Source: an uncultured virus (IMG/VR IMGVR_UViG_3300010371_000035) (taxonomy: Duplodnaviria > Heunggongvirae > Uroviricota > Caudoviricetes). From it: a stretch of 64,000 bases of DNA. The position numbers and the translations under genes are program-made. The notes under the pieces were generated by a model. The model made no database searches, was not told the DNA's origin, and worked only from the letters and a program-made list of their open reading frames with translations. The stretch lies in IMG/VR virus record IMGVR_UViG_3300010371_000035. One strand, written 5' to 3'. This document shows positions 50,274 through 59,491 of this stretch, piece after piece. Positions within the stretch are counted from its first letter, which is position 1. Each line of letters opens with the position of its first letter.

Positions 50274-52512
50274 TTCTCAATTCGTATTCGATTGGAAGCA
50301 TCCTGACTACCTGCCCATCATCCGTGCGCGTGTTGCTCGTCTGCGATACCTTCGTTCTGATCCTTCGAGGATGCGCGGCCTCCTTTCCTATTATAGGGAT
50401 GGTCATGTTGCGGATTTTATTAATGATTGGGGTGTGACATTCGATCCTCGTAATCTCGCGCTTAATCTGCCATCCAAGATCCCCTTCGTATTGTTCCCAA
50501 AGCAAAGGGAATGGGTGGATTGGGTCTGCAACTATCTGTGGAAGAACAACAAGGATGGACTCACAGACAAATCGCGTGAGATTGGTGTATCGTGGTTGGC
50601 GTGTGCGACGCTCGATTCATTGTGCATCCTGCACAACGGATTCATCGGAGGGTTTGGCTCCCGCAAACTCGAATACGTGGACAAGGCCGGAGATCCCAAA
50701 TCCCTCTTTTGGAAAGCGCGTGAGTACTTGGACAATCTACCGCTTGAGTTTAGAGCGGGATGGTCGCGTGAAACTGATGCGCATTGCAGGATTACATTCC
50801 CAATTACTGGCTCTGCAATTACTGGAGAAGCCGGTGACAATATCGGACGAGGAGATCGCACTTCGATTCATGTCGTGGATGAGGCTGCGTATATAGAACA
50901 TCCTGACGCTGTGGATGCTGCTCTTAGCCAGACCACGCGATGCAGGATTGATGTATCCTCTGCACATGGAATGGGAAACCCATTTGCACGCAAGAGACAT
51001 TCGTGGCCCGCAGATAGACTGATGACAATCCATTGGAGGGATGATCCACGTAAATCCGAGCAATGGTATCAGGAGCAGTGCGAGCGATATGATCCAATCG
51101 TTGTCGCACAGGAAATAGACATTAACTACATGGCCTCTGTGGAAGGTATTCTAATACCCTCGGCATGGGTGAATGCGGCCATTGACGCAGATAAGAAGCT
51201 GGGTCTGGATCTAGGCGGTAGAATCAAATGCGCTTTGGACATTGCCGACGAAGGCCCTGATAAGAATGCGTGGACTGCCGTACGGGGTGTGACGGTATTC
51301 AAAGCGGAGGATTGGAGCGGTGAAGCAAGTAATCTATACCGTACTCTCATGCGCGCCTTTCAATTGTGCGATTCTGTTGGATGTCAGGATCTGGTGTTTG
51401 ATTCTGACGGCATGGGTGTTTCCGTAAGAGGTGATTCTGAGGTTCTAAACAGCAATAGGTCAGACGAGCAGCAGATTAAGACCTATCCATTCCATGCATC
51501 TGGCAAAGTGCTGTATCCTGAACGTGAGGATGTGCAGGGCAGGCTCAACTCTGAAATGTATTCCAACGCTAAAGCTCAGGCATGGTGGCGTTTGCGAATC
51601 CGCTTTGAGAAGACATTCAAAGCTGTGATGAGTATGAAGGAACAGAATACTGAAGATTCCTCTTCACCCTTGAATTCATCTTCCGTTCCGGTATTTTCCT
51701 TTCAGCCTGAAGAGCTGATTTCGATTGACTCAAAGCTCGTGAATTTAGTACGTCTTCAACAAGAACTCGCGCAGGTAATCTATGGCTATTCGATGACTGG
51801 AAAGCTCCAGATCATCAAGGCCGAGGAGGGCATGGCGTCGCCCAATCTTGCAGACAGTCTCATGATGAACTTCGGAATAGAGACGGCTCCTCCGCTTCGC
51901 GTGCTTCAGCAAAACGAAATGATGCTAACTGCGGGATCTGGTGTGCCATTTCCCATCCATTGCGATTGCGTATTCGGAGTCATCACCGCCAATATGCGTC
52001 CGGGCCGAGACACTGACGGCGCGGCCGCAGTGTTCTGTGCACACAATATGAATGCTGTGCATCCGCTGATTGTTCTAGACTGGGATATCACCGAGATGAG
52101 TTCCCGCCTACTCGACGACTGGATGGCGGGCTGTTTCTACAAGTTGGAGGCGCTCGCCAATGCTGCAAATGCTGGATCGGGCTCGATGGGAATGTGGTTC
52201 GCGGACGATACGACCGGCAAGGTCTTCTTGAACCGTGCGGATCGCATGGGCTATCCGGCACAGGTGATTGAATCCGAATTGGACGATGTGAACCGTGCGC
52301 TCACTGTGTCCGGTGCGGTACGGGACGGCGTGGTCCAGCTCACACAGGAGTGCATCGAGAAGACACAGAATTTCAAGGGCATCACCAGAAACCATTTGAC
52401 TGGGCAGGTGGGTGAATTCACACCAGCCATGAAGGATCTCGACGGCAAGGTCGTGCTCAATGCGTTCACGCATGCGATAGCTCTGAGCAAGGGCAACGTG
52501 GATGGCTATTAG
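50152..52512 (+). CDS. terL: Terminase large subunit with extra C-terminal domain (true start possibly TTG 50239)
   Basis: KSREIGVSW (Walker A), VVDEAA (Walker B), LDIADEG.D, DSDGMG, SPNLADS. Confidence 0.9.
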   Translation: MPTKSSLKSRAAPSKKKTVARPRPKLQTSLTSPQIQEKTPDSQFVFDWKHPDYLPIIRARVARLRYLRSDPSRMRGLLSYYRDGHVADFINDWGVTFDPRNLALNLPSKIPFVLFPKQREWVDWVCNYLWKNNKDGLTDKSREIGVSWLACATLDSLCILHNGFIGGFGSRKLEYVDKAGDPKSLFWKAREYLDNLPLEFRAGWSRETDAHCRITFPITGSAITGEAGDNIGRGDRTSIHVVDEAAYIEHPDAVDAALSQTTRCRIDVSSAHGMGNPFARKRHSWPADRLMTIHWRDDPRKSEQWYQEQCERYDPIVVAQEIDINYMASVEGILIPSAWVNAAIDADKKLGLDLGGRIKCALDIADEGPDKNAWTAVRGVTVFKAEDWSGEASNLYRTLMRAFQLCDSVGCQDLVFDSDGMGVSVRGDSEVLNSNRSDEQQIKTYPFHASGKVLYPEREDVQGRLNSEMYSNAKAQAWWRLRIRFEKTFKAVMSMKEQNTEDSSSPLNSSSVPVFSFQPEELISIDSKLVNLVRLQQELAQVIYGYSMTGKLQIIKAEEGMASPNLADSLMMNFGIETAPPLRVLQQNEMMLTAGSGVPFPIHCDCVFGVITANMRPGRDTDGAAAVFCAHNMNAVHPLIVLDWDITEMSSRLLDDWMAGCFYKLEALANAANAGSGSMGMWFADDTTGKVFLNRADRMGYPAQVIESELDDVNRALTVSGAVRDGVVQLTQECIEKTQNFKGITRNHLTGQVGEFTPAMKDLDGKVVLNAFTHAIALSKGNVDGY

Positions 52513-52717
52513 CGAGAAGAAGTCCCGTCGTCTGGCATGGGCGTGTCAGGCGACGAGGCAGCGAGCAGGTTTCCCCCATCCCTCTGCTTGCTGCCAAGCG
52601 GGCTGCGCTGGTCCGCGGCTGGTCTATGGCGCAGCCCGCTCCTTATACCCTGAGTGTGCAAAGGCTCTTCTTCCGGATAATTCCTGTCCTCGAGATGAGC
52701 TCTTCTCGGAAAGGTAA

Positions 52718-52925
52718 GAATCTGTCGGTAAGATTCAGCACGGATTCAGCGTGCGGATTGACGGATTCTTTCGTTGTAAGATTCAGTACGGATTCAGCGT
52801 GCGAATAGCAAGATTCTGTCGCAAGCAAGAATCAGGCTTGGAGTCAGTCATCCCGCGCAACATTCTGTCGCGCAGGATTCTGTCGTGGATGCAATTTGCA
52901 CTATCGAGAGAACAGCGCAAGAATC
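52718..52925. repeat. Non-coding GANTC-rich repeat region
   Basis: 28-bp direct repeat (52728-52755, 52776-52803; one mismatch), ATTCTGTCG x3, 11 GANTC sites. Confidence 0.8.
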
Positions 52926-53061
52926 AGCATGAATAGAAAAGTACCAGCGGGGAGGATGCAGAAGCAGAAAATTTCAGCGGTCATTGGAGAACTCCTTGCA
53001 GGAAGGATGCGAGATGGAGGAGGGACAGGATGAGGATCATGATAGATTCCTTCGCGAGTGC

Positions 53062-53094
53062 AAAAAGTGAGGGGCGACTTGCGCCGCCCCTCGC
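53062..53094 (-). terminator. Rho-independent terminator
   Basis: GAGGGGCG stem-loop followed by TTTTT on the minus strand. Confidence 0.7.
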
Positions 53095-53100
53095 TCTGGG

Positions 53101-53454
53101 TTATCGCACGGTGACCGCGCCCTCCCGCTCGAGAAACCGCAGGATCGCAATCGCCTGAGTCGTGGCGGGCTGACCGCCCCGGCCCGGGAGGTCGCCCGAC
53201 CCTGCCTTGGCCTTGTTCAGCTTGTCGATCTCGGCCGCGAAGGCATCGCGGTACTTCCCGACGGTCGGGTTTGCCTTCATGTGCTGCATCGCGCGGTCAC
53301 AGCTCAGGTTGCGAACCGTGCGCCGCTGGCCGTCGCCCGTCACGATGGTGATGCGGCCTGCCTCCGTGTACGCGGCGGGGCGCTTGCGGGCGGGGGCCTT
53401 CACGGCCGCGGGGGTCGCGGGGGCCTTGGGGGCCTTGGTCACTTGCTTCGTCAT
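53101..53454 (-). CDS. Basic putative DNA-binding protein (paralog 3 of 3)
   Basis: GAGG RBS; KAP repeats; C-terminal ILRFLEREGAVTVR. Confidence 0.7.
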   Translation of the reverse strand: MTKQVTKAPKAPATPAAVKAPARKRPAAYTEAGRITIVTGDGQRRTVRNLSCDRAMQHMKANPTVGKYRDAFAAEIDKLNKAKAGSGDLPGRGGQPATTQAIAILRFLEREGAVTVR

Positions 53455-53806
53455 ATCGAACCTCGTTTATCAGTTACAAGCTAACCGCTTGCATACTGTT
53501 TATGGCATGCAACCATGGCTAATGTACTTGCGTTGTCTACCGCGTTTGCGCAACTATCTAATCAGTTCAGGCGCACGAACTCTCGAGCAGGGCAACTCAA
53601 TTCTGTGACAGATAGTTGCGTATTCCATACGCGAAACGAAAGAATCAACTGTTTCGATCTGGGGCCCACGGCCGTCTATAGTTATCGGATCCCCGGGTCC
53701 ACCTCCGTCTTGTGCGAATGGACGCTTAGGCCACCCCGCCCAAGATGATCTACCTAAGATGAAAAAGGGGACCCTATCTATTCTATCAACACGGACAAAG
53801 CATGCT

Positions 53807-54265
53807 TTAATTCCGTTTTCTCTTAGGTGAATCGAATAACTTCTCCACCGGCCAGCCCGAAGAGATTCTATCAGTAAGAGTCCGACAAGCTATTCCAGAA
53901 ACGCGCGAAGCCTCGCTTAGGATCATTCGGCCTTTGGGCGTTTCTATGTAGCGATTGAATCGCGTATTCTGCATTTGTTCCTTTTGTGTCACCCAGCGAC
54001 AGTTCTTAAGAGAATAAGGGCCGTCGTTATCCTTCCTGTCAAGTTTCAATCCAGGCTTGTAGCTGTCTTTCATATCTTCATAGAATTGCTCGAAATGATC
54101 CCATCGTGACGTGATCGTTATGCCTCGTCCTCCCCATTCAGAGTACTTGGGATATCTGGGCGAATTGCATCGACGGCGCATGTTGACCCATACTCGATAA
54201 AGAGGAGTAGCACACATCCCGTGTGTAGTGCGGGACCAAGTCTTGCGCTTCGACCAATCGGCCAT
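53807..54265 (-). CDS. HNH homing endonuclease
   Basis: HG....LY..W..MR.RC...GGRGI....RW..F..F..DM...LDRKDNDG.YS..NCRW.T..EQ..N. Confidence 0.9.
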   Translation of the reverse strand: MADWSKRKTWSRTTHGMCATPLYRVWVNMRRRCNSPRYPKYSEWGGRGITITSRWDHFEQFYEDMKDSYKPGLKLDRKDNDGPYSLKNCRWVTQKEQMQNTRFNRYIETPKGRMILSEASRVSGIACRTLTDRISSGWPVEKLFDSPKRKRN

Positions 54266-54294
54266 TTGTTTCTCCTAAGATGATGAAAGCATGC

Positions 54295-54624
54295 TTATCT
54301 GAGGTAGAGGTAGGGCCGTGAATATTCTAATGATGTGCCGCAGCTCCAGCACACTGTTGCCGTTGGATCGAGATTGGCCTTATGGCAAAGACAGATACGG
54401 GCCTCTAGACACGAGTTGAAGTAATCGTAGAAGGAGGAGCTTCCCACTATGGTATTGAATCTGCGTAGCACCAAGGATTGTTGGCGAGGATGTTCGATCT
54501 TCATCCTAGTCTTGCCTCGGGCACGTTTGGAGCGGTTGGGTTTCTTCTGATCCGAAAATTCGGAATACCTTCTGCCCCGGCTGGCTTCACGGCGTTGACG
54601 CTTTTTCAATTGTCGATATCCCAT
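54295..54624 (-). CDS. Basic zinc-ribbon protein
   Basis: CLC...N......CWSCGTSLEY. Confidence 0.55.
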   Translation of the reverse strand: MGYRQLKKRQRREASRGRRYSEFSDQKKPNRSKRARGKTRMKIEHPRQQSLVLRRFNTIVGSSSFYDYFNSCLEARICLCHKANLDPTATVCWSCGTSLEYSRPYLYLR

Positions 54625-54908
54625 ACGAGGTACATCACGGCTTCTTCGTCGCTCATGGTGCCGTTGAGGAGCTTGTCAATGGTCTCAGGCATGCGGAGGT
54701 CGGCGAAGTCTTTGTCCTTCTGCGGGTTCGCCTTATAGAACTCAGAATCCTTGAGCTCCTGCAACGCTTGCTCCTTCGTCAATGTGCGGTCGAGCAGTGC
54801 GTCAACGATGTTCTCAGCCAGTGCTAGAGCACCGATCAGCTTGGCAGTGGAACCGTTGCGCGGACCGACGACGATGGTTCTACCTTTGCGGGGCATCACC
54901 TTCTCCAT
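54606..54908 (-). CDS. Hypothetical protein (tandem paralog A)
   Basis: Similar to 54880-55104. Confidence 0.6.
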   Translation of the reverse strand: MEKVMPRKGRTIVVGPRNGSTAKLIGALALAENIVDALLDRTLTKEQALQELKDSEFYKANPQKDKDFADLRMPETIDKLLNGTMSDEEAVMYLVWDIDN

Positions 54909-55104
54909 CCCAGGTATCTGCGATTTGCCTGACGGCTTCGCTCGCCAGGATCTTGCCGGTGGTCAGGAGCACCAGCGTTTCGGAAGTCTTGTCGAAGTAC
55001 GGAAGGCTACGCAGCTTCTCCGTTGCTTCTGCAATCGAGAGTCTACGCTCGAATAGAGCGTCCACTAGAGCTTGAGCTCGGTTGAAGCTCTGGGTGGTTT
55101 TCAT
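54880..55104 (-). CDS. Hypothetical protein (tandem paralog B)
   Basis: Similar to 54606-54908. Confidence 0.55.
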   Translation of the reverse strand: MKTTQSFNRAQALVDALFERRLSIAEATEKLRSLPYFDKTSETLVLLTTGKILASEAVRQIADTWDGEGDAPQR

Positions 55105-55744
55105 CTTGCGATGGTAGATCGTCACGGCAGCAGGTCCTTGGGCAGAGCGTATTCGAGGAGACCTTCGACGCCGTTCAGAATGGCGGCCGTCAAGTCCTTG
55201 TGGCTCGTGCTGAAATCGTACTCCCACCACTTGCCGTCTTTGTAGACGGTCTCATGGCTGATGTCGCTGTCTGCGCCACCCCACCAGATTGTCGTGCGCC
55301 ATGTCGGATGTTTCTCGCCGTCGAAGCCTTCCTCCATGCCCGCATAGAAGGTGTGTAGGACGATATGCCCTTCGGTGACCTCCCATCTTTGCTTGCTCTG
55401 TTCAAGTATCTCAACAACCTTCGCTTGATCCATAGCCGATGCCTTTCCCATATACCGCCCTAACCGGGCATTACCTACCCTAGCACGCCCAGCCATGGAA
55501 CTATATAGGACCTTGCAAGATCTAGGAGTAACACTCTATGCCGAACATCAGACCGACAAGACCGGAAGAGATGCTTCCGGCGACAAGGGAGGATCTGAAG
55601 AGGACCCACAGCCTGCCTCAGATCCCGCAACCGGCTCCGCCGAGCTACGGCCAGCCATTCAAGACCGAAGAACAGCGCGCGCGGAGGATAAGACGTCATC
55701 GTCCACGCGAACAGGCAATTTTCAAAAATCAATGAGGGGTTGTC

Positions 55745-56035
55745 ATGGCCGATATCCCCGCTGGATGGCTCGCCCTTATTGGAACGATCTTGTCGGCGCT
55801 CGGAACGGCCATCGGCATCTTCTTACAGAGTAAGAACAAGGACATTGCCGACCGGGACCAACGGATAAAGGAATTAGAGGACCGGGTAGACAGCATGCAG
55901 GCTCGGCAAATGGAGCAACTGCAGCAACAGATTCAAATCCTCCAACAGCGCCGACAGACCGACGAGCATCTGGTCGATACTCTGGCCAAGTTGCCCGCAG
56001 CGATGAAAGGCGCCAACCAGGAAGCGGCCTCATGA
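55745..56035 (+). CDS. Holin-like protein (one TM helix plus coiled coil)
   Basis: Hydrophobic N-terminus; at the head of the lysis operon. Confidence 0.55.
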   Translation: MADIPAGWLALIGTILSALGTAIGIFLQSKNKDIADRDQRIKELEDRVDSMQARQMEQLQQQIQILQQRRQTDEHLVDTLAKLPAAMKGANQEAAS

Positions 56036-56265
56036 TCGCCGATTGGTTCCGTCGCTACTTCGAGCCGCGCCAGCGTCTGGTGCCGCTTAAATTCCAAACA
56101 AGGGTCCAAGACCATGTGATCATAGCTCTTGACCAGAAGTTACGCGAAGAACATGAGGCCGCGCAGCGGTCGCGGTCTCGTCTTGATCATTTCATAGGCC
56201 AGATGGGTGAAGCGTTCGTGGGAAGCGTACGCAACATGGAGAGGGACATCGACCAGGAGCGGTAG
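56032..56265 (+). CDS. Hypothetical protein
   Basis: ATGA-coupled in lysis operon. Confidence 0.55.
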   Translation: MIADWFRRYFEPRQRLVPLKFQTRVQDHVIIALDQKLREEHEAAQRSRSRLDHFIGQMGEAFVGSVRNMERDIDQER

Positions 56266-56270
56266 GAATT

Positions 56271-56645
56271 ATGATTGACAGAGTGATTGCGTTCTGCGCG
56301 GCGATTGCCGCCATCTTCTATCTCATTGCTTCCTTGTCCTTTTGGCTCATGTTGGCAACCCGTCGGTCCGGCCGGGCTCCGTTTCAGGGAGCTGACGTCG
56401 TGCTCGACCGGGCAATAGCATGGGGAGCCCTCACCATCATCTTCGGCAGCATTGCTGTCGTCAAGATGCATTGGTTGATGTGGGAATCTGTGAGTGTGCC
56501 GTTGGCGGTGAGTCTGCTCGTCGTGACCGGGATGGGCTTATGCTCCGTTCGTGCCATGACAAAGGCGCAGTACGGCAATAGAGTCTGGTTGTTCTATTTC
56601 TGCGCTATCACGTTCTTCAGCGTTGTCCTGTATCTATGGGGATAG
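56271..56645 (+). CDS. Multi-pass membrane protein
   Basis: About four hydrophobic segments. Confidence 0.65.
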   Translation: MIDRVIAFCAAIAAIFYLIASLSFWLMLATRRSGRAPFQGADVVLDRAIAWGALTIIFGSIAVVKMHWLMWESVSVPLAVSLLVVTGMGLCSVRAMTKAQYGNRVWLFYFCAITFFSVVLYLWG

Positions 56646-56649
56646 AACC

Positions 56650-57060
56650 ATGTCGTCAGATTTCCTTGACCGTGCTCTAGCCGCGACCGATGCCATTGCC
56701 AGCATTCTGGTCATCATCGCCGCTATCATGCTCTGGTATCGGCGGCTTGTCCCTCCTGTCCTCACAAAATGGTTGCCAGCGGCTCCCGAGTTACAGGTAG
56801 AACCACTGGCGACGAGTCTAGCTATTATCCTGGGAGTCCTAGCATTGCGCTTTGCCGTGAATGCTGGATCTCTTCTAGGTTGGTGGCCGCAGAATATCTT
56901 CTGGGTAGATGTAATCCGGATGATATTGAGTTATTTCATCATCGGTTCGAGCGTCGCGACGCTTAGAACAGCAACCAACGACCTCTTTGGAAATCTTGCC
57001 GTCTTGGTGTGCATCTGCTTCGCCTTGCTGGGCGGTTGCGGCCTTTACTTCTTCGGGTGA
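56650..57060 (+). CDS. Multi-pass membrane protein
   Basis: About four hydrophobic segments; architecture like the upstream gene. Confidence 0.65.
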   Translation: MSSDFLDRALAATDAIASILVIIAAIMLWYRRLVPPVLTKWLPAAPELQVEPLATSLAIILGVLALRFAVNAGSLLGWWPQNIFWVDVIRMILSYFIIGSSVATLRTATNDLFGNLAVLVCICFALLGGCGLYFFG

Positions 57061-57063
57061 TCC

Positions 57064-57669
57064 ATGATCGACCGCAAGTTCTTCTATAACTCGGTGCGCG
57101 TGTTCCTATTCAATGGGACATTGAGCCAGCAGCAGGTCAATGGCATGAACACTATCCTGGATACGTTCGAGGATCTGAAGATCTATGATCTAAGATGGTG
57201 CGCCTATCCCTTGGCGACCACGTTCCATGAGACCGACCGTGAGATGTGGCCGATCAACGAGTATGGCGGAGACGCCTACTACACCAGACTCTACGACGTC
57301 ACGGGTCTATATCCGGCCCGAGCCCGTTCGATGGGGAACGTGAATCCAGGCGATGGTATCAAGTATCACGGCCGGGGCTACGTTCAGCTCACATGGGCGA
57401 ACAACTACAGAGCGCTCGGCACGGCGTTGAAGTTGGATCTGCTGAACAAACCAGAGCTGGCGCTCGAACCCGTCAATGCTGCCCGTATCCTGTTCAGAGG
57501 CATGATTGATGGCACGTTCACAACGCGCAAGCTGGCCGACTACTTCACAGCCAGCCTAGACGAACCGGAAGCAGCGCGCCAGATCATCAACGGCGACGAT
57601 CATGCAGAAGACATTGCTGTATATCACGACAACTTCTTGAACGCCTTGGAAGGAAATGCCAATGCCTAG
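57064..57669 (+). CDS. Endolysin, glycoside hydrolase family 19
   Basis: LATTFHET, GN...GDG.KYHGRGYVQLTW..NY, ARQIING. Confidence 0.9.
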   Translation: MIDRKFFYNSVRVFLFNGTLSQQQVNGMNTILDTFEDLKIYDLRWCAYPLATTFHETDREMWPINEYGGDAYYTRLYDVTGLYPARARSMGNVNPGDGIKYHGRGYVQLTWANNYRALGTALKLDLLNKPELALEPVNAARILFRGMIDGTFTTRKLADYFTASLDEPEAARQIINGDDHAEDIAVYHDNFLNALEGNANA

Positions 57670-58450
57670 GAGCAAACAATGGTACGGATGCATTCCGGAC
57701 TACAAGGACCATCGCGATCATGTCATGCAGGTTGCCGCGCCGCAGACTCTACCGCCCAGCGTTGACTTGAGCCGGTGGTGTCCGCCGGTCATGAATCAGG
57801 AATCGTTGGGTTCCTGTACGGCGCATGGCGTCAGTGGCTGCGCGCGCTGGCACATCCTCAAGCGCAACACCACTTATGATTTCGAGATGTCACGTCTTCA
57901 GCTCTACTACGACAGCCGGATGAGCGAGGGTACGGTGGACGTAGACAGCGGTGCCATGATCCGCGACGTTATCAAGTCTGTGGCGGCCAAGGGGATCGGT
58001 CACGAGGAACTCTGGCCGTACGACATCACCAAATTCACTCAACCGCCGCCGCAGGAAGTCTACGACGACGCCGTTCAATACAAGGCGTTGCACTTCAGTC
58101 GCGTGCCGGTCAGCGTCAACGGCCTGAAGACGGCACTGGCAAATCAGCATCCAGTGGTCATCGGCATCTCGGTCTACGACAGTTTCGAGTCCGATGAAGT
58201 CGCACGTACCGGGATGGTGCCGATGCCGGGTCCGAATGAGAGCATGATCGGCGGCCACTGCATGTACGTGATCGGCTATGGTCAGAAGCCCGATCATTTC
58301 ACCGTCCGTAATTCCTGGGGCGATGACTGGGGTGACAAGGGGAACTGCTACATCCCGTTCAATTTCCTCGGGTCGCCGACCTACGGATCCGACTATTGGA
58401 TCATCGACCTGTTCGGATCCGACGCCGAGCAGCAGGCTCATACGGCTTAA
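57656..58450 (+). CDS. Papain-family (C1) cysteine peptidase
   Basis: Q..LGSCTAH, GGHC...IGY, RNSWG..WG.KG. Confidence 0.9.
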   Translation: MPMPRSKQWYGCIPDYKDHRDHVMQVAAPQTLPPSVDLSRWCPPVMNQESLGSCTAHGVSGCARWHILKRNTTYDFEMSRLQLYYDSRMSEGTVDVDSGAMIRDVIKSVAAKGIGHEELWPYDITKFTQPPPQEVYDDAVQYKALHFSRVPVSVNGLKTALANQHPVVIGISVYDSFESDEVARTGMVPMPGPNESMIGGHCMYVIGYGQKPDHFTVRNSWGDDWGDKGNCYIPFNFLGSPTYGSDYWIIDLFGSDAEQQAHTA

Positions 58451-58465
58451 CAGAAAGGAACAGAA

Positions 58466-58795
58466 ATGCGTTCACTTGCAGGATCTCTTCTCACCATCTT
58501 CGCCTTCTTCCTTGGCGGCTGCAATTCGCAGACCGGAGGTATCGACGTCAGCGCCGTGCAGGCAGCTCTCAAGAGCGCATGCGGCGTGGAGTTGGCGGCC
58601 TCGACCGCGCTCACCGAGATCCAGGCTCTGACCGGCGAGATCCCGGGGCTGTCTACCGCTCAGCAGGTTGCCGATCTGATCTGCAGCAGCATGCGGACCC
58701 AGATGGCGGGCAAGGCCGGTGCGCCGCGCGTTGGTGTCACTGAGACCGTCAATGTCCAGAATAAGGTTCTCGTCCACGTTCAGCGGGCGCAGTAA
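58466..58795 (+). CDS. Lipoprotein in the lysis cassette (spanin candidate)
   Basis: Signal peptide with LGGC lipobox. Confidence 0.65.
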   Translation: MRSLAGSLLTIFAFFLGGCNSQTGGIDVSAVQAALKSACGVELAASTALTEIQALTGEIPGLSTAQQVADLICSSMRTQMAGKAGAPRVGVTETVNVQNKVLVHVQRAQ

Positions 58796-58890
58796 TCAGC
58801 CAACCCCGGTGACATGCCTATATAGCCGGGAAACTGAGGGGCTGCCACCACCTAAGAACCAGCCCCTCGCATTTTCTCAAGGAGAAGAAC

Positions 58891-59205
58891 ATGGCCGATA
58901 CGGAAAAGGATCCGGAAGAGTTCGCCACCACTGGCGACGAGCAGGAAGAAGGGACCGAGTCCGAAACGATGGAACTTGCAAAGGGTCCGGAACCTCTGCC
59001 GCCCTTCGAGGGCTGGATGCCAGCCCCTCAGCTTGTCTGGTGCAGGGTACGCGCCGATGAAGACGGCAAGGTCGTCGAAGTCAAGCTGGCTTCAGACTAT
59101 GACGTCGTTCGGACACATCAGTACGACGAGAGCCATCCCGTCGTGTTGGTCAATCGCGAGATGCCGGAGCATCTACAACAGCCGGAGGATCCGAAACGGG
59201 GATAG
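58891..59205 (+). CDS. Acidic hypothetical protein
   Basis: AAGGAG RBS. Confidence 0.6.
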   Translation: MADTEKDPEEFATTGDEQEEGTESETMELAKGPEPLPPFEGWMPAPQLVWCRVRADEDGKVVEVKLASDYDVVRTHQYDESHPVVLVNREMPEHLQQPEDPKRG

Positions 59206-59491
59206 CTTGGGCCGGGGGAACTAGAGGGCCACGATCGTTCTCCCGGATCCATCCAGCGGCGCGCGCCAGCATCGTGATGTTCCACAGACGCCGACCGTCT
59301 GGCATCTCGGCCAGATAGTGCGATGTGAATAGAGTGCCGGTGTAGACGATGGTACCCAGGACTCGGCCGCTTATCCTTTCCACGACCGACCATTGATCAG
59401 GCTGGTACTTCCGGGTCTTGCAGATACCGTCGTAGCGGATGAACGTCGGCTTCAGTTCGTTCGGCTGAACGAGCAGGCGTGGCTTTCTCAT
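59150..59491 (-). CDS. Hypothetical protein
   Basis: Coupled to the upstream minus-strand gene. Confidence 0.5.
   Translation of the reverse strand: MRKPRLLVQPNELKPTFIRYDGICKTRKYQPDQWSVVERISGRVLGTIVYTGTLFTSHYLAEMPDGRRLWNITMLARAAGWIRENDRGPLVPPAQAIPVSDPPAVVDAPASRD

Noticed and set aside
52728..52803. Mini CRISPR array
   Set aside because: Only two 28-bp copies with a 20-nt spacer that itself contains the GATTC motif.
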